DNA of 64,000 bases from Vicugna vicugna (lineage: Eukaryota). The notes below the pieces were generated by a model that ran no database searches, was not told the origin of the DNA, and saw only the letters and a program-made list of their open reading frames with translations. Positions within the stretch are counted from its first letter, which is position 1. Every line of letters starts with the position of its first letter. The DNA is taken from assembly GCA_013265495.1 (NCBI GenBank), contig MU058345.1:1-64000 (forward strand), read 5' to 3'. The translations under genes were made by a program, and so were the position numbers. Shown here in pieces: positions 1 through 10,924 of this stretch.

Positions 1-45
1 TTGTAAAATGATTGTAAATCAATAAAAAATGTTAAAAAAAAAAGA
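1..45 (+). mobile_element. 3' end and poly(A) of a young L1
   Basis: ttgtaaaatgattgtaaatcaataaaaaaatgtt(A)n matches the ends of the L1 copies at ~3830 and ~5340. Confidence 0.75.
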
Positions 46-273
46 GAAACAGGTTCTCATATAGATTGAAACTAAGAGAAATAACAAGAAGGAATAACAC
101 AACTAGGTGAAGATAATGTTTGTCTCCAGGGCCCAAATTGAAAAAGTGTGAGATGTGAAGGACGAGGAGCCAAACAGCCATTGTGTGAAATTTCATGGTG
201 GAGAATAAAGACAAGAGTGGGCATGTGGGGTACAGGTAGGTAGCATATAGTTCTTAAGCACTGCCATACTCAC

Positions 274-597
274 ATTCACACTTTGCTCCTGCATCCTCAT
301 AGTGGGAGCAACTATAAACGTCTTCCTCTTGCTCACATTGAATCAGGTTTGCTTCCATCCCAGTGCAGTTGACGTCTTGGAGAAGGACTTTTTGGTCTTC
401 ATCTGCCAATGGCTTATATATAACACCACTGGGTGTCCACACGGCTGCTCCACAGCCCAGTTCCCGACACACCACAGCCACGTCGTTCATGTCCCAGCCG
501 TCATCACATACGGTGCCCCATTCGCCATTCCGTTGCACTTCCACTCGCCCTTCACAGCGATGTGGACCTCCCACCAGTCGCACGTGGGATGAAGATT
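274..597 (-). CDS. CD5L: CD5L exon 3: SRCR domain 1 (group B, 8 Cys)
   Basis: Acceptor ...atctttgcag at 598-599 and donor GTGAGT at 273-268. 324 bp, phase 1-1, open frame: VRLVGGPHRCEGRVEV..WGTVCDDGWD..VVCRELGCG..CSHYEDAGAKC. Confidence 0.96.
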
Positions 598-1454
598 CTG
601 CAAAGATATGAGATATTGGCTGGAGATCTGGGAGGAGCCTGGAGAGTACTCAGTATACAGTCTTCTTGGAACTCTTCCAACACTTGCAGGGTATGGAAAA
701 TTGAGGAATGAGAGAGAAGAGGTCAAAAGGGAAGAGGAAGAAGAGGAGCTTCAGGACCCCATCTCTGAGTTCTGTTTCTCTTACCTTCTTAATAGTATGT
801 TACTACCATGGAGGAGGGCAGTTAACTGACAGAGGTCTTTTATACCCGGAGGGGCCACATTTGGACTGGTGGCCTGTGGTTTATAGGAATATAATCAGCG
901 TAATGTATGGCAACATGGGCCACATGTAATAAGCCAGATGCCTGCATGATTGGAATCTGACTTCAGAGGATCAGATTTTCCACTGTCTACCTTGTCTCAA
1001 CCCTGCGCAAACCCCCTTAGAACTTGGTATCAACCCCAGAAGAAGCGGTTGAGTGAGAAAACTCTGACCTGGTGTATTTTAAACTGTATTGGGAAGTTTT
1101 GTTTGCTTTGTTGATTTGCTTTTGTTTCTCTCCTTTTCTTCCATAATTTCTTGGGGGAAGCAATGTGAGGAATGGAGGTTAGAGCTAGAAATTAAAATAA
1201 AACTATTAAAAAACTAAGAAAAAAATTTCAGTTTTTGCACATCAAAGTTTAAGGCATATATATCTGAGTACAAATATAATTCAAGTAGAGTTGGAAGTGG
1301 AAATATAGTCACACAAGACCGAGTGGGTGGGCTGAGAAAACAGAAAGAATTCTACTGGGTATGTTTCGAACCAGAGCCTCCCTGACTTTGAAGCTTCAAA
1401 ATTTCCACTCTCCAGAGGATAAAGGCTTCCCTCTTAAAAGTCAAAAAATCTTAC

Positions 1455-1481
1455 CTAAAAGGCCAGGTCCAGTGAAGAAGG
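1455..1481 (-). CDS. CD5L: CD5L exon 2 (27 bp, end of signal peptide: AFFTGPGLL)
   Basis: Minus strand reads ccttcttttttcctcag|CCTTCTTCACTGGACCTGGCCTTTTAG|gtaag. Phase 1-1; joins exons 1 and 3 in frame. Confidence 0.92.
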   Translation of the reverse strand, partial: PSSLDLAF

Positions 1482-1959
1482 CTGAGGAAAAAAGAAGGAA
1501 GTAAGTGAGATCATGCAGTCAATTTCCAAGGCTTTGTCCAGAAACACAACTCTCTAGAAAGCCTTTGCCAAACTTTGTGTGACAATTAGAGTGGTAAATA
1601 CACAGCTTCCAAAGTCATTCCTGTTGGGACCTTATCATCCTGGAATGGCCAGCCCCGAAGGACGTACACTGCCTAGGAACCACAAAGACCACAGCTAACT
1701 GAGCCATCATGATCTCTTTACATCTGATGTTGGCTCTACCCAGGTGTGGATAGATCTGGTTTTCTATTCTCGTCAATTAGATTGATTGATGATTACCACT
1801 GAAGTGTGGTGATACAGCCTCTGGGCTCAACAAGAAAATGTGCTGGAGACCACTGACAAGACACACTGGTTGCAGAAGGTAAAGATGTCACGGGGGCAGC
1901 TCAAAGGACACAGGAAAACCAGCAGGATTTGTCTGTGTTCACTGACACTGCATTTAGAC

Positions 1960-2235
1960 CAGAGTCAGCCAACTTTTCCTGTAAAGGGCCAGATGCTTCA
2001 GGCTTTCTGGGCCATATTGTCTCTGTTAGTGACAACTCAATTCTCTCCATTGTGGTTCGAGAGCAGCCATATAGAGTAAATGAATGAGAATGGCCATGTT
2101 CCAATGAATCTTTATTTATGGATGATGAAATTTATTTATGTGCCACCAAATATTATTTTTCTCATGATTTTTTCCCCACCATTTAAAAGTGTAAAATCCA
2201 TTCTTCGTTTGCAGGCTGTAGTGTGCCAAACCCTG
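1960..2235 (+). mobile_element. MER58-like hAT (Charlie) MITE
   Basis: Termini cagagtcagccaac...gtgtgccaaaccctg and internal ctgtaaagggccagat recalled from the MER58 consensus. Confidence 0.7.
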
Positions 2236-2548
2236 ATCAATAGGTCAGAAGGCACTTTTACATTTACTTCTAAACTTCCAGATTTGAGAACACCTTTGAA
2301 ACATCAGAGTCTCTTTCTACAGGATCTCTGTGTAATTGGACTCTTCTATCCGTTAGGATACCCTCTAATGCTGTCATGGGAGTCCTCAGCCCTGTGACTG
2401 TCAATGGTCCTTGAGATCTAGGCATTTTGAATTGCAGAACTCATCATCCCCTCACCAACAACCCATCTTATAGGACCTTTCTGAAGGAGCTAATATCTCT
2501 GGACTTCCAACCTAGAGCTTTTGAGGTACATCCAAGTATTTCAGTGGC

Positions 2549-2745
2549 NNNNNNNNNNNNNNNNNNNNNNNNNNNNNNNNNNNNNNNNNNNNNNNNNNNN
2601 NNNNNNNNNNNNNNNNNNNNNNNNNNNNNNNNNNNNNNNNNNNNNNNNNNNNNNNNNNNNNNNNNNNNNNNNNNNNNNNNNNNNNNNNNNNNNNNNNNNN
2701 NNNNNNNNNNNNNNNNNNNNNNNNNNNNNNNNNNNNNNNNNNNNN
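2549..2745. other. Assembly gap (197 N)
   Basis: Run of N in CD5L intron 1. Confidence 1.
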
Positions 2746-3057
2746 TGAATGTGATTGATATGCAGGTGTGAAAGTGATAGAGCCCAAAAGTGACTTGAAA
2801 GCTTTGTTACAGAGTAGGTAACTATCAGTATCTCAGATCCAAAGGCTTCATGAAGAAGGTAGAACGGAAAGTAAGCCTGGGAGATTCAATAGTACATTCA
2901 TGATGGGTGAGACTACCTGTTATGTGACATAGGGGATGTACAGAAGCTTAATGATGTGAGTAGTCTCCTGCATAAAACACACAAGTGTCCAATGGAGAGG
3001 CCAGTATGGGCTTCAGTGATTCACTGGATCATCGAGACAATAAAAATGGACGTGACT

Positions 3058-3845
3058 TCATTCAAAAATCCACAAATGACAAATGTTAGAGGCTGTGGAG
3101 AAAAGGGAACCCTACTACACTGCTGCTGGGAATGCAGTTTGGTCCAGCCACTGTGGAAAACAGTATGGAGATTCCTCAAAAGACTAGGAATAGACTTACC
3201 GTATGACCCAGGAATCCCGCCCCTGGGCATATATCCAGAAGGGGCCCTACTTCAAAATGACACCTGCACCCCAGTGTTCATAGCAGCACTATTTACAATA
3301 GCCAAGACATGGAAACAGCCTAAATGTCCATCAACAGGTGACTGTATAAAGAAGGTGTGGTATATTTATACAATGGAATACTACTCAGCCGGAAAAAACG
3401 ACAACATAACGTCATTTGCAGCAACATGGATGCTCCTGGAGAATGTCATTCCAAGTGAAGTAAGCCAGAAAGAGAAAGAAAAATACCATATGAGATTATT
3501 CATATGTGGAATCTAAAAAAACCCAAAAAACAAAAAACAAAAAACAAAAACAAACAAACAAAATATAAATACAAAACAGAAACAGACTTATAGACATAGA
3601 ATACAAACTTGCGGTTGCCAAGGGGGCAGAGGGTGGGAAGGGATAGATGGGATTTCAAAATTGCAGAATAGATAAACAAGATTATACTGTATAGCACAAG
3701 GAAATATACACAAGATCTTATGGTAGCTCACAGAGAAAAAAATGTGACAACGAATATATATATGTTCATGTATAACTGAAAAATTATGCTCTACACTGGA
3801 ATTTGACAGAACATTGTAAAATGAGTATAAATCAATTTAAAAAAA
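3058..3845 (+). mobile_element. 5'-truncated young L1 (ORF2 C-terminus + 3'UTR), antisense in CD5L intron 1
   Basis: ORF2-like translation ([24 protein letters not shown]...). 16-bp TSD AAAAATGGA(C/T)GTGACT at 3042-3057 and 3841-3856. Confidence 0.93.
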
Positions 3846-4440
3846 TGGATGTGACTGACTAGGGAAGGGATCTAGCAGCCACTGGCATCTTGTGAAAAGG
3901 CTCCTAACAAACCTGTGAAAAACATATTATCTGTATTTCATAGATGAGAATGAGATTTCAGAAAGGTGTGGTAACTTAAAATTTCAGACAGCTAAGAAAT
4001 CAAAGAACAAGGATTGAAGCCCAGATCTCTTGGGTTCCAAAATCCCCATTTACTCTGCATTAATCTGAGCAATAAGAAACTGGGGAAATGAGGGAAACAT
4101 TATATGAAACACCTTTGAGAGGAAACTGCACAATTTGATCAATGAAAGGTATTTCTCCTGCAGCTCTACTTCTTTTTCTTGCTGTACCTGTGGCAACCCA
4201 TGGTCTATTTATTTGTCTTTTTATAAATAGTGCATTTAGGAAAATTTATGTGAAAACAGAATGGGATAAATTATTATGAATGTGTTGCTGCAAATATAGG
4301 GACATAGAAAATTATCTGGTAATCAAGGTGGATTCTAAATTGGGTATGGATTAAGTGGCTTTGGGGATTTAGAACAATTGCCAGAAATAGACAAAGGAGA
4401 AAAGCAGGCAGGAGCTTCTCCTTTAAAAATACCTAGATCT

Positions 4441-5393
4441 AAAATGGGCAAAAGACCTAAACAAGCAATTCTCCAAGGAAGAAATACAAATGATCAATAG
4501 GCACATGAAAAAATGCTCTATATCACTAATTATCAGAGAAATGCAAATCAAAACCACTATGCGGTATCACCTCACACAAGTCAGAATGGCCATCATTCAA
4601 AAGTCCACAAATGACAAATGCTGGAGAGGCTGTGGAGAAAAGAGAACCCTCCTACGCTGCTGGTGGGAATGCAGTTTGGTGCAGCCACTGTGGAAAACAG
4701 GATGGAGATTCCTCAAAAGACTAGGAATAGACTTACCATATGACCCAGGAATCCCACTCCTGGGCATATATCCAGAAGGGGCCCTACTTCAAAATGACAC
4801 CTGCACCCCAGTGTTCATAGCGGCACTATTTACAGTAGCCAAGACAAGGAAACAGCCTAAATGTCTATCAACAGGTGACTGGATAAAAAAGGTGTGGTAT
4901 ATTTATACAATGGAATACTATTCAGCCATAAAAAGTGACAACATAATGCCATTTGCAGCAACATGGATGTTCCCTGAGAATGTCATTCTACGTGAAGTAA
5001 GACAGAAAGAGAAAGAAAAATACCATATGAGATCACTCATATGAGGAATCTAAAAAAAAACATAAATACAAAACAGAAACAGACTCATAGACATAGAATA
5101 TAAACCTGTGGTTGCCAAGGGGGTGGGGGGTGGGAAGGGACAGACTGGGATCTCAAAATGTGGAATAGATAAACAAGGTTATACTGTATAGCACAGGGAA
5201 ATATATACAAGATCTTGTGGTAGCTCACAGCAAAAATAAAAGTGACAATGAATATATGTATGTTCATGTATAACTGAAAAATTGTGCTCTACACTGGAAT
5301 TTGACACAACATTGTACAATGACTATCACTTAATTAAAATATGTTAAAAAAAATTTGTCTGCAGAATCAAAAGTTTATAGAGAAAAAAAAAAA
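4441..5393 (+). mobile_element. 5'-truncated young L1 (ORF2 C-terminus + 3'UTR), antisense in CD5L intron 1
   Basis: ORF 4490-5044 is L1 ORF2 C-terminus ([25 protein letters not shown]...KCWRGCGEK). It is highly similar to the 3058 copy. TTT/AAAAA endonuclease site at 4422-4429 and imperfect TSD. Confidence 0.93.
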
Positions 5394-5486
5394 CCTAGTC
5401 TGCACCAGATGGGCAGGGAGAGGATTCTCCTGATTAAAGGTCCAGAGTACTCTGAAGCCTAGACCAAAAGGAGCAGAAATACTTAC

Positions 5487-5514
5487 CAATGATCAAGAAA
5501 AACATCCGAGCCAT
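5487..5514 (-). CDS. CD5L: CD5L exon 1 coding part (MARMFFLII)
   Basis: Minus strand reads ttggtcATGGCTCGGATGTTTTTCTTGATCATTG|gtaagta. Good Kozak context, 28 coding nt, hydrophobic signal start. Confidence 0.92.
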
Positions 5515-5614
5515 GACCAAGGTACCTAAGATGATGAGCTGAAATTGAAGGCTAGAAGGAGACGTCAGAACAGCAGTATTCAGCTTTGACTGCAAGTGTG
5601 CCAAGAGGAGGGAG

Positions 5615-5920
5615 GGAGGCAGGTCCTGTTCGCAGCAGAGGCTTTATCAAATGACCAGGAACCAATGGGCTCAGGGGAAGAACTGATAGAGCTGGACTTG
5701 CTGAAATCAGCATGTCCCCAGAGGAAGGCAGGTGGCGAGAACTGGCAGAAAGATGAAGAAAACAAACTGAAAAATCCCAAGCTGTTATGACATGGTTCTG
5801 CTGTAATCCTAGCTCCATCCATACAGAGATGGAGCCTTTCGGTCTTTTCACTGTGCAAACAGAGGAAGCAACTCCCACAAGGAAAGGCAGGTACTGAGAA
5901 TGGGGCCATTTCACGTCAGA
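5615..5920 (-). promoter_or_regulatory. CD5L proximal promoter
   Basis: GATAAA TATA-like box (5643-5648), CCAAT (5662-5666), GGGGAAG/GAGGAAG ETS-like sites (~5674, ~5720, ~5862), palindrome TGCTGAAATCAGCA (5699-5712) and TCACGTCA (5911-5918), all directly upstream of exon 1. Confidence 0.7.
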
Positions 5921-7779
5921 GGATTGGGCAATGCCTGAGCCCCATGTAGTTTGTGGGACAAAAGGCCAACCTTAGTGCCTTCATTCCAGATGGAAATGAC
6001 TAAAAACTATAGAAGCCAGAGATCATAGAATAACTCCAGAGTTGCCCTTGCAGGCACCCTAATCCAGAGTCAGGACCGTCGTTCAGAATCAAGGTGTCAC
6101 TCTCTGCAAATAGGGCTGGCTTTATTTCCTTCAAACCAGCTTTTCCAGTGCTATATGGACCTGCTCTTCTGCTATGCTGGTTTATGCCCATCTTTGGAAG
6201 GGGAGTGGAAATAGATCCTTGTGGTAAAGGAATCAGGCCATTCTTAGGTCTAAGATACAAAGGACAGGGATTGAGTAGCAAGACCTTCAATATTCCCAGG
6301 TCCACCTGCCTTGCTATTAAGTACAGCTATACTTCAAGAACTATTTAACTCTGGACTCAATTATGTATGCTAATATCACTTCCGACTGTTTCAATCTGGG
6401 TAATTTTTTCCTCTATAATAAAACATCTTTGCTTCTTTGTAACACTTGGATCACTTTGCACAAACTTTGGTTCATTATAGGCATTTTTAAAAGATTTTTT
6501 TAAAAGTTTTAAAATTTTCTCTTTGAAAAGATGGTATCTTACAGTACATACAAAAATACTCTGAAAAATGCACACGACTTCATTTACAAAACTCTGAATC
6601 AATATATTGAAGAAGAATTACATGGTTATGGATTTAATAAATGGAGCATGCATTCATGAAACTTATAAAAATATTAAGAAATGCATTGCAAAAAGTAGTA
6701 TAAGGAAAGACACCTCACATATTCAAATAAAAATCACAAAGGTCCTGAGCCAATTAATGGTTGGTAACAATGTCATTCAAAAATGCTTGTAGGTTTCAGG
6801 AAAATCCATTACTTATTTCTGCATGCCTAGTCCATGAAGAAACTGTTTGATGTGAGGTAAGTCATGGTCAGGAATTATTATGCCAAGTTAACTGTACACC
6901 TCAACTACAAGTTTGCCATACTTACAGGTATCTTATTGTTGATGCTGGAATGAGTTGCTCCTTAGTAAAAAATACCAAATAACAAGAATGGCATGAGATA
7001 GGATATGTAACAATTTCACCATTCATATACTGACTTTAAGTATCCTAGTTATATTTTGATTCTTAATAAAAATGCACTTCGAAGGCCTCCATATGATGTG
7101 AAATATAAAGAATTTATGGTGCCCGGCTCTGATGTAATCACTGGACTAATCCCCTCTGGTAACTATGCTACATTTGGACAGAAAGCATACAAAAAAATAA
7201 TTTAAATATTCGATGTAGGCATTTATTTATAATCCTGTTTCTTTCTCCTATAATTTACTTCTTATTATATTCAGTAAAAAATATTTAGCCACTGTGAGTG
7301 CCAGGTGAATATGATGTATGGAGGCAGTACCTTGATGAATAAAGGATATTTGCTGCTTCAAAATGAAATGGTCTTGTAATTGGAATAGCATGTAAAAACA
7401 GCTTTAATAGAGGAAAGTATAAGACACTTTGGGAACACGATGGAGAAAAGTAGCCACCTTTCCTTGGGGTTAATAATAGATTTCAGAGAGACAATGACAC
7501 TTGAACAGGAATTAAAGGATAGTAGACTGGAGAGTCAAAGTGGGAAAAGACTTTGCTCTGCATAAGCAGACAAGTGAAGTAGCATGACCCATGTAAACAA
7601 CAAAGTGGAGTTTGGAATGGCTCGGTCACAGCCTGCTTGGTGGTCAGGTGCCAGGGGCTATTGACGTTGAAATGTAGACAGTCCAGGGAGAATACAAGAG
7701 AGTCCAAACTGACAGGGTGCTGAGGGGTGTTGAGGGGAAGGGACGGGTACGAGAGAGAGTTAATTGTATAATCTGTAAG

Positions 7780-8150
7780 AAGACTTTGCTCTTTGAATGT
7801 GAAAATGAGGAATAATTAGTGCTTTGAGATGATTCCCAGATTTCTGAAAGGAAAAAAATGTGACAGAGGGTGAAAATAAAGATGAATGGCAGTGATGGTA
7901 GGTGGAAACTAGGAGACTACACCTCACCGTCACAGTGTCAGGGGGGTGAAGTGGAGGGTGAGCTGCGTAACAGGAGCCAGAGAGGCTGGATTGGACAGGG
8001 AGCTTCTGAAAAGTGGTAAGGGACTGACATAGTAACTGAGAGGAAAAGGGACCCTGGATAAAGACAAGCACTGGGTTGAAAACCTGCATTTGTTAAGTGG
8101 AACCAATGTGCCCTGTTGAGGTCCTCTCAAGCAGCAGTCAGAGGGTCAGC
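7780..8150 (-). mobile_element. L2 fragment
   Basis: Degenerate purine-rich L2-like text (gatgattcccagatttct..., aagcagcagtcagag). Confidence 0.45.
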
Positions 8151-9794
8151 ATGAGATTATCAGCCTGATGGATTCCTTGTGGGAGCTTTGTAAGAAAGTG
8201 TGCTGGGAGGTTGATAAAGTTAGGAGGCTCGAGAAGAGAGAGTAACTCAAGTAGCCTACAAGACTTAGAGATCAGGAAATGGGCTGATAACAAGTGAAAA
8301 GAGAAACAAGTTGTCTCAAAGAGGATCTCACTGAGGAAGGGCTAGGGGAAATGAAAGTGACAGAAAGTTCAAGGGATGACAAGTTGTTCAGAGACTTGGA
8401 GGGGAGTGTTTAAGATTTTGGAGGAGAAGCAGTTCTGGGCAATGACAAGTCCCAAGTCAGGGGACTGAAAGAGAATGAAGGTGGAAGATTCCAAAGCAGA
8501 GGGGTTTAGGGAATTGAGAAGGGGTTATCAGTATGAGGCTTCTCCAGATGAGGAAGATGGGGTGGGATGCAGGGGGTGGTAAGCCCAAAGCTGTGTGGAA
8601 GAGGACAGCTGTCTGGAGAACATCGACGTGCAACAACAGAAGAGCATAGAAGACATTCTCTGGGGTGCTCTACTGAAGGGTGGGCTGCATGTTCTGCTGG
8701 TTGAGCATCAAAGTGAAATCCCTGTGACAAAGAACTGAGTATGTCTACTACTGGTGGTCTCTACGAGAACAGGAAACCATCTAAGTCGTTCCCCTTGTTT
8801 TCCCAGTGCTTGTTATGCAGTAAGTGACTGTTGACTCTGTCAATGAATAAAGGATTATCTTGGCAGCCAAAGGACATCACTGAGCCCATAGAAGAAAGAA
8901 ACATCACCCCTTGTCTATTATGTCCGCATTGTCTCTTATGGGCTAGGGGACAGGGGTTTTAGGGACTCCAAGAGAAAAAGCTGGCAGGAAATAAGTATTC
9001 TGCCTCTCTAGGGTTTGCATAATCAAAGGGCAATCTGAAAAAGCTAATAGGATACTAAGTCAGTCAGGTGTCCAGCACCATAATAATGGGATTATTTCCC
9101 AGAAAGACTCATTCTAGTCACTTTCGGTGAGACAAGGTTTTGAATGTGCACCTATCTTATGCAGGATGGGCTTTGGAGATGGGTGGCACTGAACCCACAG
9201 GTGACAGCCTTTGGGGTGTGCTTCCTGGGTGGGAGAAAGTAAAGACTGACATTCTGAGATGGTTGGCAGAATGACTAGGAATCTCTTGGGCTATCTTTCT
9301 ATAATAACTGGTCTAGAAAACAGGATTCTGGTGGAATGGCTGCCCTTTCCCGTGTACCTCTGTAAACACCTATAAGGGAGAAGGAGCTCAAAATAAGGAA
9401 TAGATCCAGGACTTGGGACTGAGGAAGCATGCGGACATTTTTCAGGCATTTAGAGTAAAATGGCTTTGTGGTATTCCTGAGGAAATAACAAAACCTATGA
9501 ATGGACACTTCAGGAAAATATTTGTTCAACTTGTCATGAGAAAACTCTAAAGACAAAATAGGTTCTCTGAGAGAACATGATCTATAACTGTAGACATTTA
9601 GTCACATGGTTTATTAATAGATTCCATTATTTATGGTTAGTTGATTATTAGCAATTATTTTTTGGTCACCAAGTCTCAAAATTGCAAAAACATTCTAAAC
9701 ACGATCAGGAAAAAGATCCTAATGCCTTCTGAAAATGCCAGCAGCAATCCTGTCAGGCTGGGGGCCCTTGTGCATGCCTAGCCAGGCAGGACTC

Positions 9795-10465
9795 CTGGAC
9801 TGTGTCCCTCCTCAGGACACAACAAAGTCATAATGGCCTCCCATTCTTCTGGCACCTGAAGTGACAAACCCAAGAGAGAAGAGGACGGGTGATGGCAGCC
9901 AAAAGAGTAAGGTTCACAGGGAAGAAAGCTTGTAATCCTGGCTGCTCTGTGTGCATCCTGTTGGACTGTCCACGTCCTGCGGGCAGAAAACTGGCCCTGG
10001 CTGTCTTTATGTCCTTGGTGTGCTCTGCCCAGTGAACTTCAACCTGTGCTTTTCTGGGCTTTCCTGGGACTGTCCTTACAAAGAAGCATTACAGTGCAGG
10101 GGCTAAGAGGATGTGCTTTGGAGGCACACAGACCTGGTTACTGTGTCACTTAATAGCCATGTAACCTTGAGCAAGTTACTTTGACCCTTTGGAGTGGTTC
10201 TGTAGAACACGATTTATACCTTTTTTGCTAGAATGATCAGTTTTCATTTCTGCCTTTTTTATTAAATAAATATTTCACTAATTTAATCTTGCTTAATCCA
10301 CTCTCATGTTCCTCTTTTAAATGGGAAATAAAAAATGACAGCAAAGCAAGTCGTTTATACGGTGACTTCTCAGATAATCACCAAACACAGGAGGCCAATT
10401 CCTTTCCTCAAGCTAATTAGCCTTATTTAGTTTTTCTGTGCTGGAAAGTTAGCTCCCTAAAGACA
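9795..10465 (+). repeat. Copy A of local inverted duplication
   Basis: Aligns by eye to the reverse complement of 23108-23775, e.g. identical ctggctgctctgtgtgcatcctg. Confidence 0.88.
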
Positions 10466-10924
10466 TAACTTAAACCTAGTCCCCATGAAAGACAGACATT
10501 CTCAAGTCAGAAAAAGAAGCCCTTATTCTGGTAATGTAAGAATAAATGGTCAGTACAGGGCCCATGAGAAGAGAATAAGAGGAGCTGTCTGATGAACCAG
10601 CCTCAAATCAGGAAGTTTCCAAGGGGTTACTGAGCATTGGTGCACTCTGCTGCCTCACCATGGAAGACAGTATTCTAATGCTGATACAAGGGCTCTGTAA
10701 AGTGTCACATGTACAATTCACTCATGTGACATGTAAATTGTACATGTGGATATTAGCCGTAGGGATAATTGTGCTGTCAAATTCCAATCCTTCCTCACCA
10801 AGGTGATGATGATTTTCCTTAATCTGTGTGATCAAGGGAACCATCTGTGTCCTCTGGGAACCTGAACAGGTGTATGGATATTTTCTTGCCCTTGGATACT
10901 GATGGGTCTTGGAACACCTTCATC

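Larger units (their letters stand above)
1..5620 (-). other. CD5L: CD5L gene, 5' part (exons 1-3; gene continues beyond left edge; TSS approximate)
   Basis: Three spliceable coding exons give MARMFFLIIAFFTGPGLLESSSHVRLVGGPHRCEGRVEV...AGAKCE. This matches the CD5L architecture (short signal exon, 27-nt mini-exon, SRCR exon) and resembles human MALLFSLILAICTRPGFLASPSGVRLVGGLHRCEGRVEV. Confidence 0.93.

Noticed and set aside
254..583. ORF-track 109-aa protein as a standalone gene
   Set aside because: It is CD5L exon 3. The start is an internal GTG and the C-terminal CEYGSA is intron read-through.
2427..2787. ORFs with X runs
   Set aside because: Artefacts of the N gap.
2956..5044. 186-aa and 184-aa ORFs as host genes
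   Set aside because: Both are L1 ORF2 C-terminal fragments.
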